From an uncultured Eubacteriales bacterium (GTDB lineage Bacteria > Bacillota > Clostridia > Oscillospirales > QAMX01), in the NCBI GenBank assembly GCA_934546935.1, contig CAKTEH010000001.1, positions 44,460 through 108,459 of the forward strand: DNA of 64,000 nucleotides, in the 5' to 3' direction. The notes below the pieces were generated by a model. That model was given only the letters and a program-made list of their open reading frames with translations. It ran no database searches and was not told the origin of the DNA. The position numbers and the translations under genes are program-made. Positions 54,766 through 64,000 of this stretch are shown piece by piece (positions within the stretch are counted from its first letter, which is position 1; every line of letters begins with the position of its first letter).

Positions 54766-55626
54766 GTGACGGCCATATATATGGATGAACTGATCGCATT
54801 GAACCTGATGGTGGATTATCTGCTGCTTTCTGCTGCAGCCGCGCTGGGTTCTGTTTATTCCGGGCGGGTACGCAGGCTGGCTGCAGCTGCGCTGGGCGCC
54901 GTATACGCAGCTGCAGCGTTTGTATTTCCCGGATTGCTTTCCAGTATGCCGGTTAAGCTGCTGTGTGCCTTGGGCATGGTGCTGATAGCCTTTGGATATG
55001 GCGGTTTTCGAAATTTTCTGCGGAGGAGCTTGCTGTTTGTCCTGTGCGGAGCGGTTTTTGGCGGTTTTATTCTGCTGATGGCCGGGTTCGGGCGCGGCGG
55101 GATCCAGGTTAACGACGGGATTTTATATGCGGACATCCCGGGGTTGGTGATTGCGGCGCTGTGTACCTGTGCGTATATCCTTTTGGACGCGCTTCTGCGT
55201 TTCTCCTCCCGGATTGCAGAGGAAAAACCGGGGCGGGCCCGGGTTCGGATCCGCCACCGGAGCCGGGAAGTGGAATTTGACGCGATGCTGGATACCGGGA
55301 ACCGCCTGCGCGACCCGTCAGGCGGAGAACGCGTGCTGATCTGCGAAGCCAAGGCTGCGGCAGCGCTTTTTCCAGAGACCGCCGCAGCGGTGCTGCTGCA
55401 GGACGCCGGCGCAGCACAGGCATTGCAGTCGCTTGCAGGGCTCGGCTGTGCGCGAGGGTTCCGGCTGATCCCGTACCGCGCCGTCGGCGTAGAGCACGGC
55501 CTGCTGCTCGCGTTTAAACCGGAGCAGGTCTATATTGCCGATAAACGCCGCCGCGATATTGTCGTTGCGCTGACGCCTTCGCCGATTGATGAGGATGCAC
55601 AATGCCGTGCAGTAATGGGAATTTAA
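54766..55626 (+). CDS. spoIIGA: Sigma-E processing peptidase SpoIIGA
   Basis: ORF 54691..55626. GTG at 54766 follows GGAGGGGAGGG. The N-terminal half is multi-TM ([18 protein letters not shown]...), followed by the aspartyl-protease-type motif [11 protein letters not shown]. Confidence 0.8.
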   Translation: MTAIYMDELIALNLMVDYLLLSAAAALGSVYSGRVRRLAAAALGAVYAAAAFVFPGLLSSMPVKLLCALGMVLIAFGYGGFRNFLRRSLLFVLCGAVFGGFILLMAGFGRGGIQVNDGILYADIPGLVIAALCTCAYILLDALLRFSSRIAEEKPGRARVRIRHRSREVEFDAMLDTGNRLRDPSGGERVLICEAKAAAALFPETAAAVLLQDAGAAQALQSLAGLGCARGFRLIPYRAVGVEHGLLLAFKPEQVYIADKRRRDIVVALTPSPIDEDAQCRAVMGI

Positions 55627-55648
55627 TGCGGACAAGGGAGGGTATAAA

Positions 55649-56356
55649 TTGAATTTATTCAAGAAGTTTTCATCATGGATACGCCGTATGCTCCGTATGC
55701 TTGGCGTATCGCCGCCCGTATTCTATATCGGCGGCGCAGACGTCCTGCCGCAGCCGCTGACGCCGGAGGAGGAAGCCGCGCTTCTGAAAAATTGTCGGGA
55801 TGAGCAGGCAAAAAACATCCTGATTGAACGGAATTTGCGGCTTGTGGTTTACATCGCGCGAAAATTCGACAATTCTGGCGTTGGGATTGAGGATCTGATC
55901 TCCATTGGGACAATTGGACTGATCAAAGCGGTCGGTACTTATGATCCGGAAAAGAATATTAAGTTGGCCACCTATGCCTCGCGCTGCATAGAAAATGAGA
56001 TCCTGATGTTTCTGCGCAAAAGCGTCAACCGCCGCCGGGAAATTTCCATCGATGAGCCGCTCAACCGGGATGGCGACGGTAATGAGCTGCTGCTTTCGGA
56101 TATCCTCGGAACGGAGCCCGACAGTGTAATCCGGCCGTTGGAGGATGATGTGGATCGCCGCCTGCTGCGTGCCGCGCTCGCCCGGCTTGGCGAACGGGAG
56201 CATGCGATTATCTGTATGCGCTTTGGGCTGGAGGGAAAGCGGGAGATGACGCAAAAGGAAGTTGCTGAATTGATGGGAATTTCGCAGTCTTATATTTCGC
56301 GTTTGGAGAAACGCATCATATTGAAGTTGAAAAAAGATATTGTCAAATATATATGA
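55649..56356 (+). CDS. sigE: Sporulation sigma factor SigE (pro-sigma-E)
   Basis: Pro-sequence, then [68 protein letters not shown]. Confidence 0.92.
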   Translation: MNLFKKFSSWIRRMLRMLGVSPPVFYIGGADVLPQPLTPEEEAALLKNCRDEQAKNILIERNLRLVVYIARKFDNSGVGIEDLISIGTIGLIKAVGTYDPEKNIKLATYASRCIENEILMFLRKSVNRRREISIDEPLNRDGDGNELLLSDILGTEPDSVIRPLEDDVDRRLLRAALARLGEREHAIICMRFGLEGKREMTQKEVAELMGISQSYISRLEKRIILKLKKDIVKYI

Positions 56357-56389
56357 CACCATGTTGAAAGAAAATGGCGGATATGATAG

Positions 56390-56424
56390 AATTCCGGTAA
56401 GCGGGCGCTTCCGGAATTTTTTTT
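56390..56424 (+). terminator. sigE terminator
   Basis: AATTCCGG taagcgggcgctt CCGGAATT followed by TTTTTT. Confidence 0.6.
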
Positions 56425-56521
56425 GCCCCGTGAGAAAAAATTAAGGAAATTGTAATAATTCGGGTTGGAAATACGTCTGATAGTTTGAAACGGTCTGATA
56501 AACCGTTTGAGGTGAATGTAA

Positions 56522-57052
56522 ATGCTGCTTTTTGATATACCCGGTTCCGCATCGGCTCCGAACCTGGACTGGCTGATGGAGGTATACGGGACTTCGCTTC
56601 TTCGTTTATGTTATATGTATCTGAAAGATTATCATCTGGCGCAGGATGCAGTCCAGGAAACCTTTGTAAAGGTATATTTGAAATATTCCAGCTTTCGTGC
56701 AGAGTCAAGCGAAAAGACCTGGATCACGAGAATTGCCATGAATGTCTGCCGCGATATGATGCGTAAGCGTTCTTACAAAGAACGCGGGGAGGAAATTCCG
56801 GAATATCTGGCTGCGGAATCGGGCTCAGGCCCGGAAGACGAGGCATTGGAACAGGATAAAAACACCGCATTGCTTGTAGCGGTTCAGCAATTGCCCGAAA
56901 TCTACCGAGAGACGCTTCTTTTGTATTACTATGAAGATTTGAAGGCTGATCAGATTGCAAAGATTCAGCATACGGCAAGATCAACGGTAAATGTACGCTT
57001 AAAGCGCGGACGCGATATGCTGCGTGCGGCGCTTGGCGGCGAATCTTTATAA
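56522..57052 (+). CDS. ECF-type (group 4) sigma-70 family sigma factor
   Basis: 176 aa. Region 2 is AQDAVQETFVKVYLKY..F......TWITRIAMNVCRDMMRKR. Region 4 is YRETLLLYYYEDLKADQIAKIQHTARSTVNVRLKRGRDML. Confidence 0.88.
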   Translation: MLLFDIPGSASAPNLDWLMEVYGTSLLRLCYMYLKDYHLAQDAVQETFVKVYLKYSSFRAESSEKTWITRIAMNVCRDMMRKRSYKERGEEIPEYLAAESGSGPEDEALEQDKNTALLVAVQQLPEIYRETLLLYYYEDLKADQIAKIQHTARSTVNVRLKRGRDMLRAALGGESL

Positions 57053-57070
57053 AGAGGTGCCATAGTTGCA

Positions 57071-60000
57071 ATGGGTAAACTGGATAAGATAAAAAACCTG
57101 ATAGACCAAAGACTGCAGAAGATGGAGTTTACACAATACGACCGCGACTGCGTCTATGCGAAGATCAAGGCGCGCAGGAAACAAAGGCGCAGGCGCTATG
57201 CCGTCGGGTTTTCCGCGGCGGCCTTTGCCTGTGCGGCTGCAATGCTTGTAATATTGATCCTGCCTGCTTTCGGCGAGATGCAAAACGTTGGCCGCGATGC
57301 GGCCAACGGGGATTTGTCCGCTTATGATGGGGATGCCATGTTGGATGCCAGCGATGCACAGGAGAAGCTGAAGGATATTGCTTCTGCTTCCGGTGTGGAG
57401 GTTACGGCCCTGAATACATTGGGAAGCGGCTTGATTACGCGCGATTCAAGTTTCTATATTAATACGGAAAATTCGGACTTGAGCGCGCAGGAAGTTGGGG
57501 ATGCACTGCAAATCCAGCCGGAGGTCGCCTATACACTGACGATGGAGGACGAAAACCTGTGTCTGGTAACCCTTGACGAAGAACTTCCCGACGGGGAGAT
57601 TGTAACGCTTTCGCTCGATTCTGAAGACGGCGGGCAAAGCTGGGCGTTCCAGACGGAAAGTGCACTGACGGTTGTATCCACGACGCCGGCTGACCAATCC
57701 AGCGGCATGCCGCTGGATACCGGGATTGAAATCAATTTTTCCCGTATTATTGCACAGGATGCGCAGCAGTATGTGGAAATCTCCCCGAATGTTGCCGGGT
57801 CTTTCCAATACCGGGGAAAGACGCTGATTTTTGTTCCGGAAAAGGATCTGGAAAAGGATATTGTATATACGGTTCGGGTCAAGGCGGGGCTGCCTGCCCT
57901 GTCGGGCGAAACGCTTGCCGAAGATTATACCTTCAGCTTCCGTACGCCGTTTGATTATGCCGGTGGTTATTCCTATTTTTATTATACGGACAGCGTCAGC
58001 CAGACCTATACCCCTGGAGAGACGATCGCTTTTGCTGTAAATGCAACAGAGGATATCCGCAGCAGCGAACTGTCGGTGGATATCTATAAGCTCCCCGACG
58101 GGGATGCGTATATCCATTATGCGCAGCAGGCCCGCAGTATGATGCACCAGACGTTGGGCACTTCACGGGATGTACGTTTGGATTTATCTGCGGAAAATGC
58201 ATATATCCACACAAGCAGCACAATTACCCAGCTGGAGACGGACTATGGCAGTGTAGACTGCGTGATTCTTCCGGAACTGGAGGAAGGATGGTATGTGGCG
58301 CAGGTAAAAGTGCTATCCGGCTATGGTGAGCTGACCCTGCAGAAACTGATCCAGGTCAGTTCCCTTTCTGTATACTATCAAAGCATTGGCGGCGAGAACC
58401 TGCTGTGGGTGAACAGCGCGCGCAGCGGCGACGCCGTAGTGGGCGCGGGTGTCCGATACGCTTGTGGGGACGAAAATATAAGCACCCTGACGGATAAAGA
58501 CGGCCTTGCGGCGTTTACTTCTTCCGGAGCTTCGGAAACGGAATATGCGCGCGTATTCATTGAGAGCAGAGAAGGCAGCTATGCAGAGCTTTTCACGCCT
58601 TCCGCACAAAGCAAGCTGGGTCCTGCAGAGACGTACTACAGCTATCTGTATCTTGACCGTGCAGCTTATCTGCCCAGCGATACAATCCATTTCTGGGGGA
58701 TGCTGAGCGCACGGGAAAGCGGTACGGTCTTACCGGAAAGCCTTGAATTGCAAATTGCAGGTTCGGGTGCTTCTCCCCGGCACCTTACGGATATAAAGGT
58801 GTCCGCCGACGGCAGCTTTACCGGGAGCTTCTCTATTGAAAATTATATATCCGGCTATGTCATGCTTTATTTGTGCTGCGACGGTGAAACCATCCTGACA
58901 ACCTCGTTTACCGTCTGTGCGTATACCAAGCCGTCCTATGTACTGGATTTGGAGCTGGATCGCGCGTATTACCGCAGCGGGGATACGATCACCGCCACGG
59001 CAAAGGCGTCCTTCTATGACGGGACACCAGCGGCCGGCGTACAGATTTCGGTTGAGTATTACGGCGAGGTTCAGACGATGACCGCAGACAGCAGCGGTAC
59101 GGTCCGCTGTACATTCACGCCTGCTGAAGCGGTTTCCAACTGGCAGGGAAGCCATATTAATGTCAGCGCCTCCATCAGCGGCATGGAAGACGTGTATGTT
59201 TGGACTTATGCTTCCGCAAAGTATTTCCATGGCAGCGCCATGCTTACAGTGCAGCAGCGCGATGGCGCATTGAACCTGCAGGCCAATGCGATTGATTTTT
59301 CTGCGCTCGCCAAAAACCTTGATGTCTACTGTTCTGAGCCCGACCAGGTTCGCGGCGAGGCCGTTTCTTTGTCCGGACAGATAAAGATTATCAGACATTA
59401 TTATGAAAAGGTGGAAACCGGCTCCTATTATGATGAAATTGAAAAGCGCCGGGTGGATACCTATGACTATGTCTACAGGGAGGAAATTGTCCATACGGAA
59501 GCATTCACAACCGTGAACGGGCAATATACCACCAAGGCTTATAATCTTCCCGAACTCGATTACGGATGGTATACGGCGTGTATTGATTATACCGATCCAA
59601 ATGGAAATGCCATGCAGGACAGCGTCCATCTTGGTTGCGAAATCTATCCGTATGGAAGTCTGGGATATTATTTCTCTTACGAGGGGCAGGACGCATTCCT
59701 GAAGATGGATGAATCTATGGAAGTGCAGTTGTATGCACCAGACGGGAGCCGGGTTTCCAGCGGCCGGATGCTGTGTACGCTGGCGACAGATGAGGTGCTG
59801 TCCTCCAGTATCGAAAGTGATGGGCGGTATGAGATGGTGTATACCAAACAATGCATGCCGAATGTACGCCTGTATGCGGCGTATTTTGACGGCGAGCATG
59901 TTTATTCCGTACCCGCCTGCTGGTTTGAATATGACAGCTCGGAAAAGCAGCTGTTCATTGAGATCACGCCTTCGAACGATGCGGTGTCGCCGGGTGGGCG

Positions 60001-62065
60001 CATGGAGGTGGAGCTGACGGTCCGGGATGCGCAGGGCAATCCGGTGGAAAGCAATTTTGTGCTTTCTGTCGTCGATGAAGCTGCTTTTGCGGTGATGGAA
60101 CAGTATAATGTCAATCCGCTGACGGCGCTGTACCGCTCGATCTATTTGGATGAGCCTGTCCGTTATGCTTCCTATACGGATGTCCGAAAGACGAATCTTT
60201 ACGCTGAAGGCGGTGGAGAAGGCGGGACGGATGGACTGCGGGAAAATTTCAAGGATACCGCGGCTTTCCTCACCGGAAAAACAGATTCTGACGGGCATGC
60301 AGATGTGCGTTTTGAACTGCCTGAAAACCTGACTTCCTGGCGTATTACGGCTGTTGCGGTAACAGAAAATGCCGAGGGGGGGGTAGAAACAGAAAATTTC
60401 GTAACTACCCTGGACTATTTTGTCAGCCTCGTGCTGGATGATGCCTATACAGCCGGAGACGATGTTTCCCTGTCGGCACGTGTATATGGCGTGCAGGCTG
60501 GGGAACCCGTGGAATACGAGGTCTACCTGGATGGGGAATACCTGGATTCTTATTATGGGAAGAGCGGGGAGTACAGTTTCATCAAGCTCGGCGTTTTGGA
60601 TGCAGGCAGCTATGAAATTGGCGTGCGTGCAATTTGCGGCGGGCAGGAGGATGGTCTGATTCGCACGGTGGAGGTCAAGTCCAGCCGCCACAGTTTCCTG
60701 CATTATTCTTCCGGCCTCCTTTCTGAGGGTATAAAGCTCGAGGCGGACCGCTATCCTGTGACACTGTTTGCCTATGACACAGCCAATTCAACTTATATCC
60801 ATGCGTTGTCGGATCTGGTTACGGCAAATTTCTCCCGGGCTGACCGTTATTTTGGATATGCGCTTGCCTACGAAAAGCTTTCGGCGGACAGCTCCGGCGC
60901 TTTCCTTAATAAGCCTGCGAATATGAGTTGGCAGGACAGTTCCGGCGGCGTCTGCCTGATGACTTATGCCAAGCCTGACGCCTATACGACGGCAATGGCG
61001 CTGGTTACGGCAAAAGATTCCATTGATTCCGCTGCTGCGGTACGGTATTTGTATACGGTGCTTGACGACTACCATGCATCCTCAACGGAGGTCACGGCGG
61101 CTTATATGGGGTTGGCGGCAATGGGTGAGCCGGTTTTGCCGGATCTGCATGTCCTGATTACGGATTTCAATATCGGAGACATAGAGTATTATTATTTAAG
61201 CTGCGCACTTGCGCTTCTGGGCGACTGTACGCCTGCCGGCCAAAACTATGAAGCCATGTTTGGCCGCGGCTTTACGCAAAAGGGCGCGCTGGCCTATGTG
61301 GAAGCCGGGGATGCAGATGCAGATTATATTGAAACGGCGCATGCGCTCTTTTTGGGAACGCTTTTAGGCTGCACGGAAACAGAAAGCCTGGCGGCTTGGT
61401 TGTTGGATACCGGTTCGGACAGCTATCTGGCGAATTTTGAGCTGATGGCCTTTGTTTCCCACTATAAGCTGCGTTCTTCGGACTCCGCCTTTACCTGCCT
61501 GTACAACGGAAAGACTGTCCGGTTTGATTTTGCCGGCACCGGCGTGGTTGCGCTCCAGTTTAACAAAACAGAGCTGGAAAAGGCAAATTTCCATGTCAGA
61601 TCCGGTGAAGTATCTTATCTGGCCGTATACAGCGCCCCGCTTTCTTACCAGGACAACACTGCGGCGGGGGCATTCAGCGTCAGCCTGACGCCTGGGGTAA
61701 GGCAAACGGCAACCGGGCAAACTGTAAAATTTACACTTTCGCTGGAGGTTTCTGAAGGCAGCCGGGACGATATTTATATTGTGGATGTTGTCCTGCCCGC
61801 CGGTGTGCGTTATACGGGCTATCAGTATGACTGGGACGGCGGTTACAGCCTGATTTCCAATGAAAACGGCCGTTTGAGTTTTGCGGTTTCCCGAACAAAT
61901 AAATCTCAACCCGGTGTAAATGCGTCAGCCGCGTTTACAGTCAGCTTCCAGATATATGCGACGGCGGTTCTGCCCGGATCATTTGTCGTTGAAGAAGCGG
62001 TTGCCCAGGCGCCCGGCTCCAATCTTATGGCAATCGGCTCGCGTCAGAGCCTGCAGATTCAATGA
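57071..62065 (+). CDS. Membrane-anchored alpha-2-macroglobulin-like giant protein (candidate anti-sigma factor)
   Basis: 1664 aa. A short N-terminal cytoplasmic segment with RRKQRRRRY precedes one TM (AVGFSAAAFACAAAMLVILILPAF). Then comes an SbsA-type Ig-like domain (VVSTTPADQSSGMPLDTGIEINFS...YTVRVKAGLPALSGETL...FSFRT). A2M/MG hallmarks are FVLSVVDEAAFAVME and NFKDTAAFLTGKTDSDGHADVRFELPENLTSWRITAVAVT. I found no CxEQ thioester motif by eye. Confidence 0.7.
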   Translation: MGKLDKIKNLIDQRLQKMEFTQYDRDCVYAKIKARRKQRRRRYAVGFSAAAFACAAAMLVILILPAFGEMQNVGRDAANGDLSAYDGDAMLDASDAQEKLKDIASASGVEVTALNTLGSGLITRDSSFYINTENSDLSAQEVGDALQIQPEVAYTLTMEDENLCLVTLDEELPDGEIVTLSLDSEDGGQSWAFQTESALTVVSTTPADQSSGMPLDTGIEINFSRIIAQDAQQYVEISPNVAGSFQYRGKTLIFVPEKDLEKDIVYTVRVKAGLPALSGETLAEDYTFSFRTPFDYAGGYSYFYYTDSVSQTYTPGETIAFAVNATEDIRSSELSVDIYKLPDGDAYIHYAQQARSMMHQTLGTSRDVRLDLSAENAYIHTSSTITQLETDYGSVDCVILPELEEGWYVAQVKVLSGYGELTLQKLIQVSSLSVYYQSIGGENLLWVNSARSGDAVVGAGVRYACGDENISTLTDKDGLAAFTSSGASETEYARVFIESREGSYAELFTPSAQSKLGPAETYYSYLYLDRAAYLPSDTIHFWGMLSARESGTVLPESLELQIAGSGASPRHLTDIKVSADGSFTGSFSIENYISGYVMLYLCCDGETILTTSFTVCAYTKPSYVLDLELDRAYYRSGDTITATAKASFYDGTPAAGVQISVEYYGEVQTMTADSSGTVRCTFTPAEAVSNWQGSHINVSASISGMEDVYVWTYASAKYFHGSAMLTVQQRDGALNLQANAIDFSALAKNLDVYCSEPDQVRGEAVSLSGQIKIIRHYYEKVETGSYYDEIEKRRVDTYDYVYREEIVHTEAFTTVNGQYTTKAYNLPELDYGWYTACIDYTDPNGNAMQDSVHLGCEIYPYGSLGYYFSYEGQDAFLKMDESMEVQLYAPDGSRVSSGRMLCTLATDEVLSSSIESDGRYEMVYTKQCMPNVRLYAAYFDGEHVYSVPACWFEYDSSEKQLFIEITPSNDAVSPGGRMEVELTVRDAQGNPVESNFVLSVVDEAAFAVMEQYNVNPLTALYRSIYLDEPVRYASYTDVRKTNLYAEGGGEGGTDGLRENFKDTAAFLTGKTDSDGHADVRFELPENLTSWRITAVAVTENAEGGVETENFVTTLDYFVSLVLDDAYTAGDDVSLSARVYGVQAGEPVEYEVYLDGEYLDSYYGKSGEYSFIKLGVLDAGSYEIGVRAICGGQEDGLIRTVEVKSSRHSFLHYSSGLLSEGIKLEADRYPVTLFAYDTANSTYIHALSDLVTANFSRADRYFGYALAYEKLSADSSGAFLNKPANMSWQDSSGGVCLMTYAKPDAYTTAMALVTAKDSIDSAAAVRYLYTVLDDYHASSTEVTAAYMGLAAMGEPVLPDLHVLITDFNIGDIEYYYLSCALALLGDCTPAGQNYEAMFGRGFTQKGALAYVEAGDADADYIETAHALFLGTLLGCTETESLAAWLLDTGSDSYLANFELMAFVSHYKLRSSDSAFTCLYNGKTVRFDFAGTGVVALQFNKTELEKANFHVRSGEVSYLAVYSAPLSYQDNTAAGAFSVSLTPGVRQTATGQTVKFTLSLEVSEGSRDDIYIVDVVLPAGVRYTGYQYDWDGGYSLISNENGRLSFAVSRTNKSQPGVNASAAFTVSFQIYATAVLPGSFVVEEAVAQAPGSNLMAIGSRQSLQIQ

Positions 62066-63018
62066 GAAAAAGAAATAAGACTTTAAAAATCGCCGCCTGC
62101 CTGATCATTTTACTGCTCCAGGCGGCGGCGATGATCCTGTTTTCCTTCGGCGGATGCGCTGCATCTGAAAGCACTGGCGCAGAACCTGCCGGGAGTATAC
62201 CTGATGTTTCTCCTGTCCCGGAGGATTTTTCTAATCAGGAGAGTCAGGCGCACAGGTATTTGGAGTGCCTTTATGCGGACACAGCGAAAGAGGAAAGCTT
62301 TGCGCGCGCTGCCAGGCCGGATACACGATATGCACAGGTGAGTGCAGTGCTTCTTCCGCATTATGGAAATGCATTGGGTATGTGCTGCGACCTGTTGTCA
62401 AGCATTGAGCGGGAAATCGATTTGCTTGTCCTCATCGGGCCAAATCATGCCGGAGCCGGGGATGCGGTCCAGATTTCCGGCGCGGACTGGTATTGGAGTA
62501 CCGGGCAGATGCCCGGGGATCCGGAAGCTGCGCAGGCGCTTGCCGATGCTGCGGGGACTTTGACGGATACGCAGATTGCGCAGGACTGGTCGGTCCAAAC
62601 TCTAATCCCCTATATGCGCCGGTATTTCCCGGAAGCGCGGTTGGTTACGGTATTGCTCTCCCGTGACGCAGATGTACAGTCTTTGACGCTGCTTGCAGAG
62701 GCGGTTCAAACGCTTTCTTCTCAGCAGGAGCTGCTGCTTGCAGGCTCCGTAGATTTTTCCCATTATCTGGATCCGGCGTCGGCAAAGGAAAATGATGAAA
62801 AAACCTGCGCATGGATTGAAACGGGGGATATCCCGGCCATTTTAAGGCTGGATAATGGATATCTGGATTCACCGGAAACAGTCGCAGCTGTTTTGTCTTA
62901 TACGCAGGCTTTGGGGCAGACGCTGAGGCTGTGCGATGGGCTTTTTGAACAGTTTTGGGAAAATGGACAGGAAAAAGCCGGCTCCTACTACACCTTTGCG
63001 GCATGGCAGGAGCCATAA
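62062..63018 (+). CDS. Exported Memo-like / AmmeMemoRadiSam-system-protein-B-like protein
   Basis: 318 aa. Signal/lipobox-like N-terminus (LLLQAAAMILFSFGGC). Memo-family metal-site motifs VLLPHYGNA, LIGPNHAG and VDFSHYL. The ATG overlaps the upstream stop (ATGA at 62062-62065). Confidence 0.6.
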   Translation: MRKRNKTLKIAACLIILLLQAAAMILFSFGGCAASESTGAEPAGSIPDVSPVPEDFSNQESQAHRYLECLYADTAKEESFARAARPDTRYAQVSAVLLPHYGNALGMCCDLLSSIEREIDLLVLIGPNHAGAGDAVQISGADWYWSTGQMPGDPEAAQALADAAGTLTDTQIAQDWSVQTLIPYMRRYFPEARLVTVLLSRDADVQSLTLLAEAVQTLSSQQELLLAGSVDFSHYLDPASAKENDEKTCAWIETGDIPAILRLDNGYLDSPETVAAVLSYTQALGQTLRLCDGLFEQFWENGQEKAGSYYTFAAWQEP

Positions 63019-63078
63019 ATAAAAATATATAAAACAAAAACCCATAGAAAGACTGCGGCTGCGGCGCCTTCCGCAGAT

Positions 63079-63369
63079 TTACAGGAGGATGCGCCGCCGG
63101 CGCTCTTTTGGCTTTTTGCGCGGTACTGGCGCTACCTCAAAGCGGACGAGGATGATATCCCCGCCGATTTTTTCGATCTGGCACCAGGGTACGACAAATT
63201 CTTCACCATGTGAGAACAGGTTGGAAAAGCTCCATGGTCCCGGCACGACAATGGCAAGCAGACGTCCGGTGTTGATATCAAGCTCAACGTCGTTGACGTA
63301 TCCCATACGCTCGCCGGTGCAGACATTGATAACTTCTTTGCATTGCAGATCTGCGATTCTTGTATTCAT
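63079..63369 (-). CDS. YlmC/YmxH-family sporulation protein (PRC-barrel)
   Basis: 96 aa. RIADLQCKEVINVCTGERMGYVNDVELDINTGRLLAIVVPG is the typical family N-terminus. Confidence 0.85.
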   Translation of the reverse strand: MNTRIADLQCKEVINVCTGERMGYVNDVELDINTGRLLAIVVPGPWSFSNLFSHGEEFVVPWCQIEKIGGDIILVRFEVAPVPRKKPKERRRRILL

Positions 63370-63696
63370 AAGACGCTCACCTCAAAGTACAGCTTGTATA
63401 TTTCAAGATATGCGCCTGTCCGGGAAATATGCCTGTCTGTGCCAAGATAAGGAATCACCGCCGGAATCCGTCCAGTAGTGGGCACGGAAAAATATTCGAG
63501 ATGTAAGCCGGGATGCAAAATATCCCGACGTATGTGCAGGCCATCTCCTGAAGAAGGGCAGGAGCCTGATTAAAAAGGAAACAATATCTGCTCCCTGCCT
63601 GGAAGGTGAAGGCATCCGGGATTCAGGATAAATTTTTGAAAATATGCAGAAAAAACCGCAATGGGGACTATAATTCCCCTGCGGTTTTTTTGATCT

Positions 63697-63890
63697 CCCT
63701 TTCGGGACGCCGCGCAGAAGAAAAGGACAAAAATGCCCCGCAGGCGGGTGGGCCCAAGCTTGAGAAGAACACTGGATAAGCGTGATGGAATAACGGGGCT
63801 TGGGCTACGCAAGCTGACAAAGGGGAAAGCGTCCAGTGTCGAACTGTTTGGCACATACAAAATGGATATGGAATTACCAGACAGCCTTTG
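63697..63890 (+). repeat. Second copy of the IS200-like left-end segment (downstream part diverges or is truncated at the window edge)
   Basis: About 85% identical by eye to 7963-8154, including codons for SN(C/R)LAHTKWIWNYQ. Like copy A, it starts ~5 nt after a terminator-like hairpin plus T-run (63656-63691). After 63890 there is no similarity to copy A. Confidence 0.7.
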
Positions 63891-64000
63891 CAATGATATT
63901 TTCAATCACACATTGTTGTGTGAATTTTATCAAGGCAGGCTATTGCTCCATATAACCATCCCATTTGAAGAAAAACCGAAAAGCAAGCTCCCCGGCAATA

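Noticed and set aside
56486-56491. TGAAAC hexamer upstream of the ECF sigma gene as an autoregulated ECF -35 element
   Set aside because: No CGT-type -10 motif occurs at 16-17 nt spacing. The hexamer lies only ~30 nt from the start codon.
58730-60703. 657-aa ORF on the minus strand inside the A2M-like gene
   Set aside because: It lies entirely antisense to a gene with clear domain motifs. Its translation is Arg/Gly/Ile-rich with no recognisable motif. Long antisense ORFs are expected at this GC content.

Overview
This is a moderately high-GC chromosomal segment from a spore-forming Firmicute. The Clostridia assignment rests on spoIIGA-sigE, ylmC/ymxH, reverse rubrerythrin, a PduL-type phosphotransacylase and class III RNR; I cannot name the species. 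Most of the window is housekeeping or accessory metabolism. This includes xylan degradation (GH10, GH8), the rbr-rubredoxin oxidative-stress pair, rimM-trmD, putP, a heterodimeric ABC exporter operon ending in an Sfp-type PPTase, pncB-cysK-cysE, pduL, two tRNA-Ser genes, queH, nrdG-nrdD-trxB, gdhA, trkH-trkA, recG, murI-ddl and a sirtuin. All calls come from reading motifs in the supplied translations and the DNA; no database search was run.

The parts that deserve a second look, in my order of priority:
1. 56.5-63.0 kb: an ECF sigma factor followed by a 1664-aa membrane-anchored alpha-2-macroglobulin-like protein and a translationally coupled exported Memo-like protein. This could be a protease-sensing sigma/anti-sigma module.
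2. 31.1-34.0 kb: a translationally coupled pair of MutS-domain-V-like ATPases. Both lack a mismatch-binding domain and both carry an Asn-for-Asp Walker B.
3. 17.8-19.0 kb: a 1.1-kb non-coding, highly structured region with a near-consensus promoter and two ~126-nt repeats that show a compensatory hairpin change.
4. 34.2-38.4 kb: an nrdD with a C-terminal CxxC redoxin domain, overlapping trxB and preceded by an NrdR-box-like palindrome.
5. 19.4-22.0 kb: a carboxylesterase gene bracketed by 220-bp direct repeats exactly 2300 bp apart.
6. 8.0-8.6 kb and 63.7-63.9 kb: a decayed IS200-like element whose ~190-bp left end recurs at the window edge.

Several long ORFs antisense to real genes were rejected.
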